Shown: one piece after another, positions 50,048 through 64,000 of the stretch
Layout of the letters: every line of letters starts with the position of its first letter
Position numbering within the stretch: position 1 is the stretch's first letter
Source: Dictyostelium discoideum
Taxonomy: Eukaryota
Direction of reading: 5' to 3'
Assembly (NCBI GenBank): GCA_000004695.1
Contig: CM000154.2
Coordinates: forward strand, 2,080,001 to 2,144,000
Length of the DNA: 64,000 bases
The notes under the pieces: generated by a model
Told to the model about the DNA's origin: nothing
What the model saw: the letters and a program-made list of their open reading frames with translations, nothing else
Databases searched by the model: none
Position numbers and translations under genes: made by a program

Positions 50048-53000
50048 ATGTATGGTTTTAATATTGGTAAAGCAGAAAATGCTGGCTTACATTTAGATAA
50101 TAAAAAAAGCGAAAATAATAATAGTAGCAACAATGAATTACATAAAGTTATTAATACGATTAATAATGGTTTTCAATTCAAAGATGACGATGATGAAGAT
50201 AATGAAAACAATTTAAATAATGAATCAAGTTCAGATGAAGAAAATCAACAACAACAAAATAATAATAATAATAATAATAAAAACCAATTCGAAGATGATG
50301 ATGAAGATCAAGAAGAAGAGGAATATATTAGTGGCGATGATTTAAATAATAATGGTCAAGAATCAGACGATTATGAAGAAGAAGAGGAAGATGATGATGA
50401 AGATGAGGAAGAAGAGGATGAAGAAAGTAAAAAATTAAACTATGATTCATTCTTTGGTGCAAATATGTCTCATAATATGGACTTTTTAAATTCTCAAAAT
50501 ATTAATTCTCAAATTGGTTTAATGGATCCACATTTACATAGTTCTCAATTAAACTTTGAAGAACCACAAGAAGAAATTGAATTACCTGCTCATGCCTGCG
50601 CGTAAGTATATTTATTTTATATTTTAATTAAAATATTTTCTCTAACTCTTTTTCTTTTATTTATTTAATTAAAGATATTGTGCAACACATGAATTATCAA
50701 CAGTTGTTAAATGTATGCATCCATCATGTGGTAAATGGTTTTGTAATGGTAAGGGTAAAACTAAATCATCACATATTATAACACATTTAGTTAAATCCAA
50801 ACATAAGGAAGTAGCATTACATCCAGAGAGTTCATTTGGTGATACAACATTGGAATGTTTTAATTGTGGTTGTAAGAATATATTTTTATTGGGTTTCATT
50901 ACAGCTAGAACCGAATCAGTTGTTGTTTTATTATGTAGAGATCCATGTGCATCTGGTCCATCGAAAGAGGTCAATTGGGATATGAGTAGTTGGCAACCTT
51001 TGATCAATGGTGGTGAAAAAGCATTTTGCAGTTGGTTAGTTAAAACACCATCACAAGTCGATAGTGAACGTTCAAGACAAATTACAATTCAACAAATTCT
51101 TAGACTTGAAGAGTTTTGGAAAATGGATCCAGAGGCCACACTACTCGATATTGAAGCACCAAGATCCGATGATGAAAAGCCAGCAAGCACCCAATTGGCC
51201 TATAAAGATGCCTATGAATATCGTGAGATCATTTCACCCCTAATTGAATTGGAAGCAAAACACGAGAAGGAATTAAGAGAATCCCTCTCTCAAAGTGGTA
51301 TTTCAATAGAGTGGAGTCAAGGTATTAATAAACGTTACACTGCAACATTTCCATTTAGTAGAAGTGATTTAGAATTTAAAGTTGTACCAGGTGATGAATT
51401 AAAACTTCAATTCATTTCATCCACTGGAGGCGTTATTGAATGGGAGGATACTGGTAGAGTAATTCATATCGATGATGAAAATCTATTATCATTGGAAACT
51501 AAGTCAAGGTGTAGCTTTGATTCAGGTCCAAAGGGTTCCTATAGAATGGAGATGGTTTGGCGTTCAACTTCATCTGAACGTATTTTAAGTGCAATGAAAT
51601 CATTTGCAATTAAAGAGCAAGCATTATCATCTTATTTATACCATGCATTATTAGGTCATCCAGATATACCACCAGCCCCATTGGATATTCAATTACCTAC
51701 AAATTTCCATTTAAAGAATTTACCACGTTTGAATGAATCACAAATTAGTGCAGTAAATAAAGTATTAACAGCACCATTATCATTGATTCAAGGTCCACCA
51801 GGTACTGGTAAAACTGTTATCTCTTCATTTATTATCCATCATTTGGTGAAATATGTCAAAGGTAATGATAAAGTTTTAGTTTGTACACCATCAAATGTTG
51901 CAATCGATCAACTCACTGGTAAACTTCATGAAATTGGTTTAAAGGTTGTTAGATTAAGTAGTAAACTTAGAGAGGAGGTCGCATCACCTGTTGAACATCT
52001 TACACTTCACAAACAAGTTTATAAATTGGATCAAATGGGTGATGGTGAACTTGGTAAACTTAGAAAGTTAAAAGAAGCATTTGGTTCACTCAGTAATGAA
52101 GATGAAAAACGTTATATCTACTTACGTCGTATGATGGAAATGGCGATCCTAAGAAAAGCAGATGTAATTTGTGCAACTTGTGTGGGTGCTGGTGATCCAC
52201 GTCTATCACAATTCCGTTTCCCTCATATTCTTATCGATGAATCAACTCAAGCCTCTGAACCAGAATGTTTGATTCCATTAATGATGGGTGCTAAGCAAGT
52301 CATTCTCGTTGGTGATCATCGTCAATTGGGTCCTGTATTACTTTGTAAAAAAGTAGTTGATGCTGGTCTTTCTCAATCACTCTTTGAACGTTTAATCTCT
52401 TTAGGCCATCATCCTGAACGTTTAACAATTCAATATCGTATGCATCCATCGCTCACAGAGTTCCCTTCAAATACCTCTTACGAAGGTCAATTGGTTAGTG
52501 AACTATCACATACTGATCGTGATTCTCAATCGAAATTCCCATGGCCACAACCAAAAGATCCAATGTTTTTCTTTAATTGTACTGGTAGTGAAGAAATTTC
52601 TTCATCTGGTACCTCTTTTATTAATACTACCGAGGCTTCAATTTGTGAGAAAATCGTTACAAAATTCTTAGAGTTGGGTTCATTACCTGGTCAAATTGGT
52701 ATCATTACACCTTATGAAGGTCAACGTGCTTACATTACTAGTCATATGCAAAAATCTGGTAAATTAAATCTAGAACTCTATAAATCCATTGAGGTTGCAA
52801 GTGTAGATTCTTTTCAAGGTAGAGAAAAAGATTATATTATCCTCTCTTGTGTACGTTCAAATGATTATCAAGGTATTGGTTTCCTTCAAGATCCAAGACG
52901 TTTAAATGTAGCTCTTACTCGTGCTAGATTTGGTTTAATAATTTTAGGTAATGCAAAGGTACTCTCAAAAGATCCACTCTGGAATTCTTTAATCTCTCAC

Positions 53001-53583
53001 TTTAAAAATAAAAATGTTTTGGTAGAGGGTTCTCTTGCAAATTTAAAACAAAGTCCTGTAATTTTACAAAAACCAAAAAAACTCTATGGTCAAGGTAAAC
53101 TTCCAATTCCAGGTCAAAATTCAAATAGTTTTAATTATGATCGTGAACATATTGATCCAAATATTGGTATGAATATGGTTTATGGTATTTCAAATAATAA
53201 TATTAATAATAATAGTAATAATATTAATAATAATAATAATAATAATATTAACAATAATATTAACAATAATAATAATCAAAGATTTAACACCCAAGATGGT
53301 AGATATTCAAATTCACAAACTTCTTCATCAAGTCAAACTTATTATGGTTCAACAAATTCAAGTGGTAATACTATTAATAGTAATCAAAATCAATTCTTTA
53401 ATACACCATCTTCTTATTCTGCAAATACTGGTTCATCTTATCAATATAGATTCCAACAATATCAACAATTACAACAACCACAACCACAACAACAACAACA
53501 ACCACAACAACAACAACAACCACAACAACAACAACAACCACAACAACCACAACAACAACAACCACAACAACAAAAACAATACC

Positions 53584-53645
<62 letters not shown>

Positions 53646-53807
53646 AAGCAACAACCACACCAACAATACCAATCACAAAAGCAGCAACAACAACAACAAT
53701 ACCAACAACCTCAACAATATCAACAACAAAACCAACAATACCACCAATCACAACTTCCACCAAAACAATACCACAATCAACGATTTAATAATAATAATAA
53801 TAACAAT

Positions 53808-53877
<70 letters not shown>

Positions 53878-54089
53878 TTAACAACAATAATTCTAAAAAC
53901 CAAAACCAAAACCAATCACCACGTCGTTCTCCTGTGGTTGGAACTCTCCAGCTACATTGCAAGTTTGATTCACAACCAAATAATAACAAACATATTAGTG
54001 ATCCAAATCAGCCACAAATCTCAAATCCTAATATGTCCATTCCTCTTAGCCAATCTTTAAGCTTTAATGATTTATCTCAAGTAAGTACA

Positions 54090-54136
<47 letters not shown>

Positions 54137-54208
54137 ATAATAATAATAATTCTAACCAAAATTTTATTATAGGAACAATTTAACAAATCAAATTCAAGAA
54201 AAGATTAA
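50048..54208 (+). CDS. upf1: UPF1 (regulator of nonsense transcripts 1) superfamily-1 RNA helicase, about 1331 aa, 3 exons
   Basis: Exons 50048..50601 (acidic N-terminus, donor gtaagt), 50675..54080, 54173..54208 (short terminal exon, less certain). CH zinc-knuckle region (CGKWFCNGKGKTKSSHIITHLVKSKHKEV...LECFNCGCKNIFLLGF), helicase motifs GPPGTGKT, DESTQ, VILVGDHRQLGP, QYRMHP, VDSFQGREKDYIIL. The C-terminus carries long poly-N and (CAA)n poly-Q tracts (about 53440-53900). Confidence 0.85.
53440..53760 (+). repeat. (CAA)n with interruptions, encoding poly-Q, inside the UPF1 coding exon
   Basis: Hundreds of nt of CAA/CAG-like codons. This explains the poly-L and poly-V ORFs called on other frames and strands there. 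Confidence 0.9.
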
Positions 54209-54488
54209 ACCTTTATTTAACTATTCTATTTCCTCAACCTCCCTTTACTGTTGGAACCTTGATATTTAAATTTTAGATTTTTAAAAACAAGACTACCCAA
54301 TTCAAATTTAAAAAATTGGTTAGATGTGAATTCTTCAAGTACTTAATTCATCCTCTTTCAAGTTTTTTTTTTTTTTGGTATTCCAAAACAAAACAAACAA
54401 AAAAAAAATAAATAAAATAAAAAGTTTGATCTTTTAGCCTTTTTTTTTATCCAGCTTATTAAAAACAATAAAATCGATCTTGGGGAAA

Positions 54489-54525
<37 letters not shown>

Positions 54526-54649
54526 CACCTATATATTTCTTTTTCTTTTTTTTATTTATTTTAATTTTACCTTTTTTTATTTATTATTTATTTATTTATT
54601 TATTTTGATTTTATTACTTTTACTATTAAATTGATTTATTATTTTTTTT

Positions 54650-55356
<707 letters not shown>

Positions 55357-55463
55357 TTTTTTTTTTTTATATATATTAAATAGTTATGTTTGACTTTTTG
55401 AAAAAAAAAAAAAAAGAAAAAAAGTGATTGTGCAATCACGAATTGAAAAAATTTTAAAATTTT

Positions 55464-55500
<37 letters not shown>

Positions 55501-55645
55501 TTTTGCCATATTTTTTCATTTATTTTTATTATTATTATTATTTTTTTTTTTGTTTGTTTTTCAAAAAAAAAAAAGATATATTAAAAAATAAACGGGTGTA
55601 ATAATAGTCAAAGTTCAGTAGAATAATTTTTTTTTTTTTAGAAAA

Positions 55646-55693
<48 letters not shown>

Positions 55694-55700
55694 ATTCAAT

Positions 55701-56728
55701 ATGTCTTTAACAAAAAAAATCAAAAATGAAAAATCATTAAAACAAGAAAAACAAACTGATCAATTAAAATCAAACCTTCGAAATAATAATAATAATATTA
55801 ATAATAAATCGAAACCAAAAGATCAAAACTTAAATACATTACATTATATTAAAACTCACTTAAAAGAAGAATTATTTTTCATATTTTGTGTTGGTGGAAT
55901 TTATATATTTTATTTACTATATGGTTTAGTTCAAGAACAATTGTAATATTTTTTACAAAAAGATAAAAAAAATAAAAAAATAAAAAAATAAAAAATAAAA
56001 TTTAATAAATTACTAACACTTTTTTTTATTTTTTCATTTTTTCATTTTTTTTTATCTATTTCGTTGAGAATATTATAGAAATGTAACAAAATTTGGAACA
56101 GAGAAAAAAGTTTTTGGATTCACAGCATTTTTATTAGCCTTACAATGTTTTTTTAATATGGTATCAGCATGGTTAGTAAGTTTAGTAAATAAAGAACAAA
56201 AAGATAATACACCATTTATGAAGTATGGTTTTGTTTCAATGTTATTAGTTATTTCAACATTTTTAAGTAATCAATCAATTCGTTATATTAGTTATCCAAC
56301 ACAGGTATTGGCAAAATCATGTAAACCAATTCCAGTAATATTTATGGGTTTACTTTTATTTAAAAAGAAATATCCATTCTTAAAATATATTGTTGTAATT
56401 GTAATTTCATTAGGTATTTCTTTATTTATGGTAAGTGTGTTTTTTTTTAAATTTATTTTATTTTTAAAATTTAATATTTTATTTCTAATAATAATAATAA
56501 TTATTATTATTATAATTATCAAAAAGTTACCAAAAGCAACGTCAAAGAAAAATATTCAATTTGAAGGACATGATCATTTATTTGGTAATTTTATTTTATT
56601 TGTTTCATTAATGATGGATGGTGTAATGGGTCCATTTCAAGATAATTTAGTTAGACAATATAAACCATCTGCAACTTCAATGATGTTAAATACAAATATT
56701 TGGAATTTAGGTTTATTTTCAATAAGTA

Positions 56729-56768
<40 letters not shown>

Positions 56769-57186
56769 AAATTATTAATATAATTAAATTTAAATTATAG
56801 TGGCATTTGCTAGAGGTGAAGTTAGTCAAGCAATTGATTTCATTTTAGAATATCCAGAAGTAATTAAATTAATATTAGCATTTTGTATTACTAGTGCTAT
56901 TGGTCAACAATTTATATTTTTAACAACAAATAAATTTGGATCATTAAATTGTAGTACTATTACCACAACAAGAAAATTCTTTTCAATTTTAGTCTCAATT
57001 TTCTATTTTGGTCATTCACTCGATAATTTACAATGGGCAGCAATTTGTATGGTGTTTGGTGGTTTAATTTTAGATTTATACATTAGTTACTCAAATAAAA
57101 AGAAAGGTGTTGTTCTTTCACCCATAGCAGCACCAGTAAAGCATCCAACTGCTACTACTCCTCTCGAAAATAAAAAATCATTATAG
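55701..57186 (+). CDS. Solute carrier 35 family B1-like nucleotide-sugar / ATP:ADP transporter, about 392 aa, 4 exons
   Basis: Exons 55701..55942, 56079..56430, 56527..56725, 56801..57186. Donors are gtaata, gtaagt, gtaagt. YPTQVLAKSCKPIPVIFMGLLLFKKKYPFLKY and ITTTRKFFSILVSIFYF align with human SLC35B1. Multiple TM helices. Confidence 0.8.
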
Positions 57187-57476
57187 ATTTTAAAATCCCT
57201 TAAGGGGAATTAAACGATACTGAAAAAAAAAAAAAAAAAAAAAAAATATCCAAAATATTATGATTTGTTAATAAAGATCAAATTACATTTCCAAATGACG
57301 TGTAGAACTACTTTTTTTTTTTATTACGAATTTTCTTTTTTTTTTAGATTTTTTTTTTTTTTTTAGATTTTTTTTTTTTTTTTTAATCAACTTTTTATTT
57401 TTTTATTTTTATTTTTATTTTTTTTATTTCATATCAAATAAAATTTGTGGTGCAAGTTAACAAACAATTTTATAAA

Positions 57477-58023
57477 ATGAAAATTATTTTAACATTATTA
57501 TTATTAGCATTGGTTTGTGTTAATTCTCAATTGATTAATTATACCCCTTATAACGAAGATTGTACTTCAATTGTAGATGGTGTTGGTTTTGGTTTATTAC
57601 CATTTACTTGTTTATTAAACACTACTACCGAATCAATTTATTCATTTGATTTATATGATCAACCTTATGTAAATATTTCAAGTTCTCATACAGGATATTG
57701 GTAAATATTAATTATATATTCTATTATTTCTTTATATTTAATTTATTAAAAAAACAAATTTAATTAAAAAAAAAAAAAAAATTAATTAAAAAAAAAAAAA
57801 AATAAAGTGATGATCCAGTTTCGACCCAAATTTTTAAACTTGATTCATGTGGATATTATAAATACTCAAAAACAAATTACTATGTTTACCAATCAAATCA
57901 ACCAGAAGTTCCAGCTAATTCATATATATATGAACAATATGACTCTACTTGCGAAACTCGTCAAAGTTATTGGTATGCTACAAATGGTAAGTTAAATATT
58001 ATTATCATTATTATTATTATTAA

Positions 58024-58122
<99 letters not shown>

Positions 58123-58366
58123 TTTTAATTATTATTAATAATTATTTTTTTATTTAATTTTTTTTTTATTTAATTTTTTTTTTTTTTTTTTTTTCAAAAA
58201 AATAGGAACTGTTGTTGTTGATTATAAACAAAATTTTTCAACAACTTATCTTTGCATATCTAATCAACCATTCACTAATGTATGCACAGATGGTAAATGT
58301 GTCCTTACACCAGTGAAGACATCTTGCGAAAATTCAAATGGAATTATTATTACATGTACCGTTTAA
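57477..58366 (+). CDS. Small secreted cysteine-rich protein, about 187 aa, 3 exons
   Basis: Exons 57477..57700 (signal peptide MKIILTLLLLALVCVNS, donor gtaaat), 57808..57986 (donor gtaagt), 58206..58366. Ten cysteines. Intron 2 is filled by (ATT)n at 58004..58121. Confidence 0.55.
58004..58121. repeat. (ATT)n microsatellite in intron 2 of the small secreted protein gene
   Basis: A pure trinucleotide tract. Confidence 0.9.
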
Positions 58367-59258
58367 ATAAAATGATATTTTTTTAAAAAAAAAAAAAAAA
58401 ACAATTAAAAAAAATTAAAAATTAACAAAAATAATAATGATAATTAATTTATGATTTTATAAAAAATATTTTATTTGTAATTAAAGTAAAAATTTAAACG
58501 ACACAAAAAATACAATGATATAAATTGTGGTATTAATATATTATTTTTTTTTTTTTTTCTTTGTATTGCAAGATCACTAAATTTTTTATGGAATTATAAT
58601 TTCAATCAAGTAAAAAAAAAAAAAAATAAAATAATATAAACATTAATTTACCTTTTTGTTTTTTTCTTTTTTTTTTCATAAAATCTTATTTTATTGGATT
58701 AAAAAAGATAATATTTTTATTTTTTTTTTCTCACCAAAAAAAAAAAAATCAAAAGATATTTTTTAAAAAAAAAAAGATATTTAAAAAAAAAAATATCTTC
58801 TTTTTAATTTTTTATTGGTTGAAATAATTGAAAATAAAAAAAAGAAATTTAAATATAAGCTAATAATAAAACAAATTTATTGAATGTAATGATTCAATTG
58901 TTTAATTTTTTTTTTTTTTTTTTTTCTTTGTACTCTTTTTTTATAATTAATCCTAGTTATAATAAAATTTTTTAACTGAGTGCCAAAAAAATACACATCA
59001 AAGAATTTTGATTTTCAAATAATAGGGTATTATTTTTAGGAACTTGAATATTTTATGAGAATAATTGGAGGGTGTTGGTAAAAAAAAAAAAAAAAATTTA
59101 AAATAAATAATTTTTTTAATTTTTTTAATTTTTTTTTTTACTAATATCCATTTTTTTTTTTTTATCATTTTTTTTTTTTTTTGATTATTTTTATTTTTAA
59201 TCATTTTTGTTTTTGATATTTTTTTTTTTTTTTTATAAATAATTTCAAACTTCTTTCC

Positions 59259-59484
59259 ATGGATAAAATATTATTGGTTATTTTATTTTTATTTTCAGCC
59301 ATTTCCATAAATGCACAAGATGATTTTGAATGTATTGATAGATTTCTTAAAGGAATAAATCAAGTGTCTATGTTCCCTTCACCTGCAATCTCTATGTATT
59401 GCTATTCTACTCAAAACATAAAATGTGACAGTGAAAATAAAGTTACACTTATTAGGTAATTATTATTATTATTATTATTATTGT

Positions 59485-59525
<41 letters not shown>

Positions 59526-59942
59526 CCCAAAACACCTTCTAACTCTAATTTTCTTAAAAAAATAATAAATAATAAATAATATATAATAAAAAAAGTATTC
59601 GTTCAAATAATTCAAGTTTTGTTTTAAATAGAAGTTATTTAAATTGTTTTAGAAAATTGGAAAATTTTGAATTATCAAATTTTATTTTAAATGATAATAT
59701 TTTTTATTCACCAATAACTAGTCAATCATTAAATACATTCTCTGTTATCTCTCCAAAAATAAATTTATTTTCTTTATCACAACAAATTAAATTAAATATG
59801 TCAATTTTAAAATTAGCTTTTACTGATTTAACTTCAATTTCTCCAATTACACTTCAATATTTACAAAATGTTAAAAAATCAAGGGAATTTTTATTATTAA
59901 AATTTATTATTATTATTACCATTATTAATATTTATAATATTG

Positions 59943-59992
<50 letters not shown>

Positions 59993-62900
59993 ATTTTTTT
60001 TTTTTTAAAAAACCCAAAATTTTTTTTTCATTTTTTTTAATTAATTATTAAAATAGACCATTTAGTAAAAATTCAGGATATATTGATTTTTTAAACAAGG
60101 GTAATCAAATTAAATTACCTTCAATTAATATTTCATCTTTATCAGTTCCAGATTTAACAAATATTGAAATTGAATTTTTGTAAGTTTTCCAAATTAAAAA
60201 AAAAAATAAAAAACAAAAAAAAAAAAAGAATAATACTAAAAATATTAATATTATTTTAGACAATTAACAGTTCCAGGAGTGGCAGGTGGAGGTTTTAATA
60301 CTAGTTCATTTGAAAATTTTAAATCATTTGGAAACGTTAAAAACTTTGTATATCAATCAGGTCCAAATAGATATCCAATTGAATTACATTCATTAACAAC
60401 AAATATAATGGAATCTTTAGAAATGTCATTAATAATTGGTACTGCATTATCAAATACTTTAGATTTTTCAATGTTTACATCTTTAAAAAAATTAAAATTT
60501 AGTAAATCATTAAATTTATTATATAATTCAAATCTTCCAATAGGACTATACCCACAATCTTTACAAGAATTGTATGTATATTAATTTATCATAAACACAT
60601 AAAAAAAAAAAAAAAAAAATTATTAATATTTTATTTTATATTATTATTAGTGATTTTATTGAAAATTCATTAATAAATTTCCCAGATTTATCAATAATTA
60701 AATCACCATTTGTTAATTTAACTGGTAATAATTTTACATCAATTACAATTCAATTTAATTCAAATTTTATTAAAACATTAGATTTATCAAATAATCCAAC
60801 TATTGAAAATACAATTGATGATAGTTTTTGTAAAACAATTACAATTTTAAAAAATAATTTAATGAATGGAATTTTACCAGATTGTATTAAATGTCATCTT
60901 AGTGATAGTACTATTTCATCTTGGTATTCTGGTAATAATTTTGATTTAACACCATTAATTGAATGTTCAAGTATAATTCCAAAAATGAAAATTTTAAATG
61001 GTAATACTTATTTATATGGTTCAAATTTAGGTTTTTTATCAAGCTCAATTAAATCAATACCATCAATTAATTTTCAAATTGATACTCCAAGTACAAGTTT
61101 TTATTCAACACCACAATATAAAACAAGTACACTTTTTAATATAAGTTTTACAAGTTCAGGTAGTAATAAACAATTTACAGTTAGTAATGATCCATATTAT
61201 CCAACACCGAAATCAATTACATTTAAATCAAATTCATTGGTTGAATTTATTGGTGAATATTTTACATATGATAAATCAATAGTAACAATTTTATTTGATT
61301 CAACAGTTAATTGTAGTCCAATTGAAGTTGATTTTTATAGAATTTTATGTAACTTAACTACAACACCATTACAAAGTAATTCAAATATTCCAGTTACAAT
61401 TAAAATTGATAATCTTTCAAGTTCATTAAAATTAAATTCAAATTCAATTGGTGTTATTAATCCAATTGAAAATTGTAAAGATAGTTGTAATAGAGGTGGT
61501 TCATGTAATTTTGAAACATTAAAATGTCAATGTGACCAATTACATTTTGGAGAATATTGTGAGAATAAAGCAATTCAATGCAAAGATCCAACATGTGGTG
61601 GTATTGGTATTTGTGATAAAACAATTGGTCAATGTGATTGTGGTTTATTTAATACTGGTGAAAGTTGTGAATTACCTGCTCATTGGGTAAGTTCAATTGA
61701 ACCACCTTTAGAATCTGGTGGTATTGTAATATTAAATGGTTATTTCGGTAATCAACATTCAAATCTATCTGTAACGATTGGTGGTAACCAACCATGCACA
61801 ATTAGTAATACTTCCCCACCAACTATATCAACTATAACTTGTTCAATCGGTCCTGGTGTTGGTATTAAAAATATAACAGTTATTCAAAATACTGTAACAT
61901 GGTTTAGTAATTCAATGTTTCAATATTTTAATGAAAATTATCATTGTCCAAATGATTGTTCAAATCATGGTACTTGTAATTCAAGTAGTGGAATTTGTAG
62001 TTGTACAAGTGATTGGTCAGGTTTTGATTGTAGTTCAAAATCAAATCATCAAACAAATACAACCATTGATAATGGTTCTGTTACACTTTCAAATCAAGAT
62101 ACTATTTATTCAATTTCAATTTATAAATTAATTGAAATCGATTTAAATGGTAATATAATAAAAGAATTTAATTTTACAAATAATTTATCATGGGATAAGT
62201 CAGTTATAATTGATCAAATTACAAATTCAAAAATTATTAAATATAATAAACAAATCATTTATGATTCTACAAATTTAAAATCAACAAATATAACAACAAC
62301 ATTTGAAGAAGTTACTAAAACTTCTGAAAGATCATTTGCTGGTGTTAATTTTCAATTGGAAAGGGGTTCTGTTAAATTATCAATTTCAATTACAAATTAT
62401 CCTTATAAAAATTATTTAAATTCATTACAACTTTTATTAAAATCAGATTCAACAAATGATAATAATTGTGATGATGATGATAATCAAACAAATTTAGAAA
62501 AAGCTCAAAGTCAAAATTCTCAATTAGATTATATTACAATTAAAAAACAAGATAAAGTTTTAAAAGGTCGTTTCATTAATCGTGTAATTTCTGATGATAG
62601 ATCTACATTTATAACAAATTCAATTAATCAATCAGAGTCATCACCTGATCAAATTATTATAACTTTTAATTTACCTCATTGTACAAAAGAATGTCTTTTA
62701 GATCCTGGTATGTAAATTAATATTTATAAATTATAAATAATAATAGTAGACTAAAATTTGAAAAAAATTATTAATACTTTTTTTTTTAAAAAATAATAAT
62801 TTTAGATTTCTCAGTTTTAGTTGATCCAGATTTTTCAACCTCTTGTGATTCAAAATCTCGTAAATGGGTTGTTCCAGTTGCTGTTGTTGTTAGTGTAGTT

Positions 62901-62993
62901 GGTTTTGTAGCATTAATTGTTGTTTCAGTTCTCCTTTATAAGAAAAATAGAATCAATATTCAAATTAGATTAAAAACATTAAGAAATAGATAG
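59259..62993 (+). CDS. Large type I membrane protein with N-terminal LRR-like repeats, EGF-like modules and an IPT/TIG domain, about 6 exons; the internal E2/E3 junction is unresolved
   Basis: Exons: 59259..59455 (signal peptide MDKILLVILFLFSAISINA, donor gtaatt); about 59653..59869 (open in one frame only, donor unclear); about 60057..60179 (donor gtaagt); 60260..60571 (donor gtatgt); 60651..62707 (EGF-like CNRGGSCNFETLKCQCD..., IPT block GGIVILNGYFGN...ITVIQN, donor gtatgt); 62806..62993 (TM VVPVAVVVSVVGFVALIVVSVLL plus basic tail). Similar architecture to the gene at 16747-20450. Confidence 0.6.
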
Positions 62994-63008
62994 TCTATAT
63001 GTATTTGT

Positions 63009-63060
<52 letters not shown>

Positions 63061-63282
63061 CCATTTACTTATTTAAAAAAAAAAAAAAAAAATTAAATTA
63101 TTTATTTATTCTGTATTTATAAAAAAAATTAAATTATTTATTTATTTATTTATTCTGTATTTATAAAAAAAACTAAATAAAAAAAAAAAAAAAAGATTTA
63201 TACAAATTTACACACATAATCATCTTATTGATTATAGTATTATTTTTTTTGAAAAAAAAAAAAGAAAAAAAAAAAAGGGAAA

Positions 63283-63658
63283 CTATTTTTTAAAATATAA
63301 ACTAATTCCACCATTATTTGTTGCCATTGTTGATTTTGATTTTGGTTTTAATTTAGATTTTGATTGTTTTCTTGATGATGTGGATGTTGATGTGGTTGTT
63401 GTTGTGGTTGTCTTTTTTACATTTGGCGATTTTTGTTTAGATTTTGATAGTTGTGATTCAGTATCAGGTAAATTAAATTCATCAAAATCATCACTATCAT
63501 CAGCGTCTTTATCTTCATTAGCCACATGAAATTGTGATATTAATGTTGTAGCACCAGCCACTTTTATTTGAGTTTCAACTATCATTGTATGACCAGTTAC
63601 ATACAATCCTTTATACATACCACCTTGATATGGTAGTTCTTCATCTTCTTCTTCTCCT

Positions 63659-63720
<62 letters not shown>

Positions 63721-64000
63721 TTGATTTTGATTTTGATTTTGATTTTTATCATTATCATTATCATCTTTAATAAATATAACATCATCATCTTCATATTCTT
63801 GTGTTGCTGCCAAAGCTATAGCCCTATCATTTAAAATATCAATATCCTCCTCTTTTTCTTCTTTTTCTTTTTCTTTTTCTTTTTCTTTTTCTCTTTCTTT
63901 TTCTTCTTTATCGAATCTTGTTTCTATAACTTCAACATTGTCATCTATTATATTTGTTGGTGATGATGTTGGAATTGTGGTGGTGGTGGTAGTAGTGATT
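63283..64000 (-). CDS. 3' part of a gene that continues beyond the window end; acidic, poly-N, T/S/K-rich protein
   Basis: The minus-strand ORF stays open through the window edge (...EKEKEKEKEEKEEDIDILNDRAIALAATQEYEDDDVIFIKDD...). The start codon in the ORF track is TTG and is internal. No domain recognised. Confidence 0.5.

Noticed and set aside
53182-54060. ORFs 53182..54060, 53398..53763, 53469..53672 and 53777..53989 (poly-I, poly-V, poly-L)
   Set aside because: These are frame and strand artefacts of the (AAT)n and (CAA)n tracts inside the UPF1 coding exon.

Overview
This window reads as nuclear DNA from a Dictyostelium-like social amoeba, not prokaryotic sequence. The evidence is roughly 22% GC overall with GC-richer exons, very AT-rich intergenic DNA and introns, short introns with GTAAGT/GTATGT donors and AG acceptors, long (AAT)n, (ATT)n and (CAA)n tracts, and poly-N/poly-Q stretches inside ORFs. 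I therefore annotated spliced eukaryotic genes. Operons, defence islands and CRISPR arrays are not expected and none were seen.

I can support about 30 protein-coding genes. Many are multi-exon, and I built their splice models by hand from the sequence. Confidently recognised products are ferrochelatase, coproporphyrinogen III oxidase, GPI mannosyltransferase PIG-M, sterol 24-C-methyltransferase, tRNA pseudouridine synthase Pus3/Deg1, COX19, the NADH dehydrogenase 51 kDa subunit (NDUFV1), UPF1 helicase, a SLC35B1-type nucleotide-sugar transporter, a retinol-dehydrogenase-like SDR, an HSP20 small heat-shock protein, a TBC Rab-GAP, a BAR-SH3 protein and an Rpp21/Rpr2-like zinc-ribbon protein. 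Family-level calls are two FNIP-repeat proteins, an F-box/LRR protein, two large EGF+IPT/TIG type I membrane proteins, a PA14 (Psi-like) membrane protein whose cytoplasmic tail carries an NPxY motif, a very large Ser/Thr-rich low-complexity protein, and several small secreted cysteine-rich proteins.

The findings I think deserve a second look are:
- ferrochelatase and coproporphyrinogen oxidase sitting head-to-head on a shared 670-bp intergenic region;
- two short elements carrying the U1 snRNA 5' splice-site recognition sequence, one of which also has an AUUGCAC heptamer;
- a frameshifted ORF series that looks like a pseudogene;
- a possible degraded 3'-5' exonuclease with a perfect 9-bp hairpin;
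- a compositionally odd non-coding block containing a direct repeat.

I found nothing that qualifies as a novel system, and I say so plainly. All coordinates were derived by hand; each exon boundary may be off by a few nucleotides.
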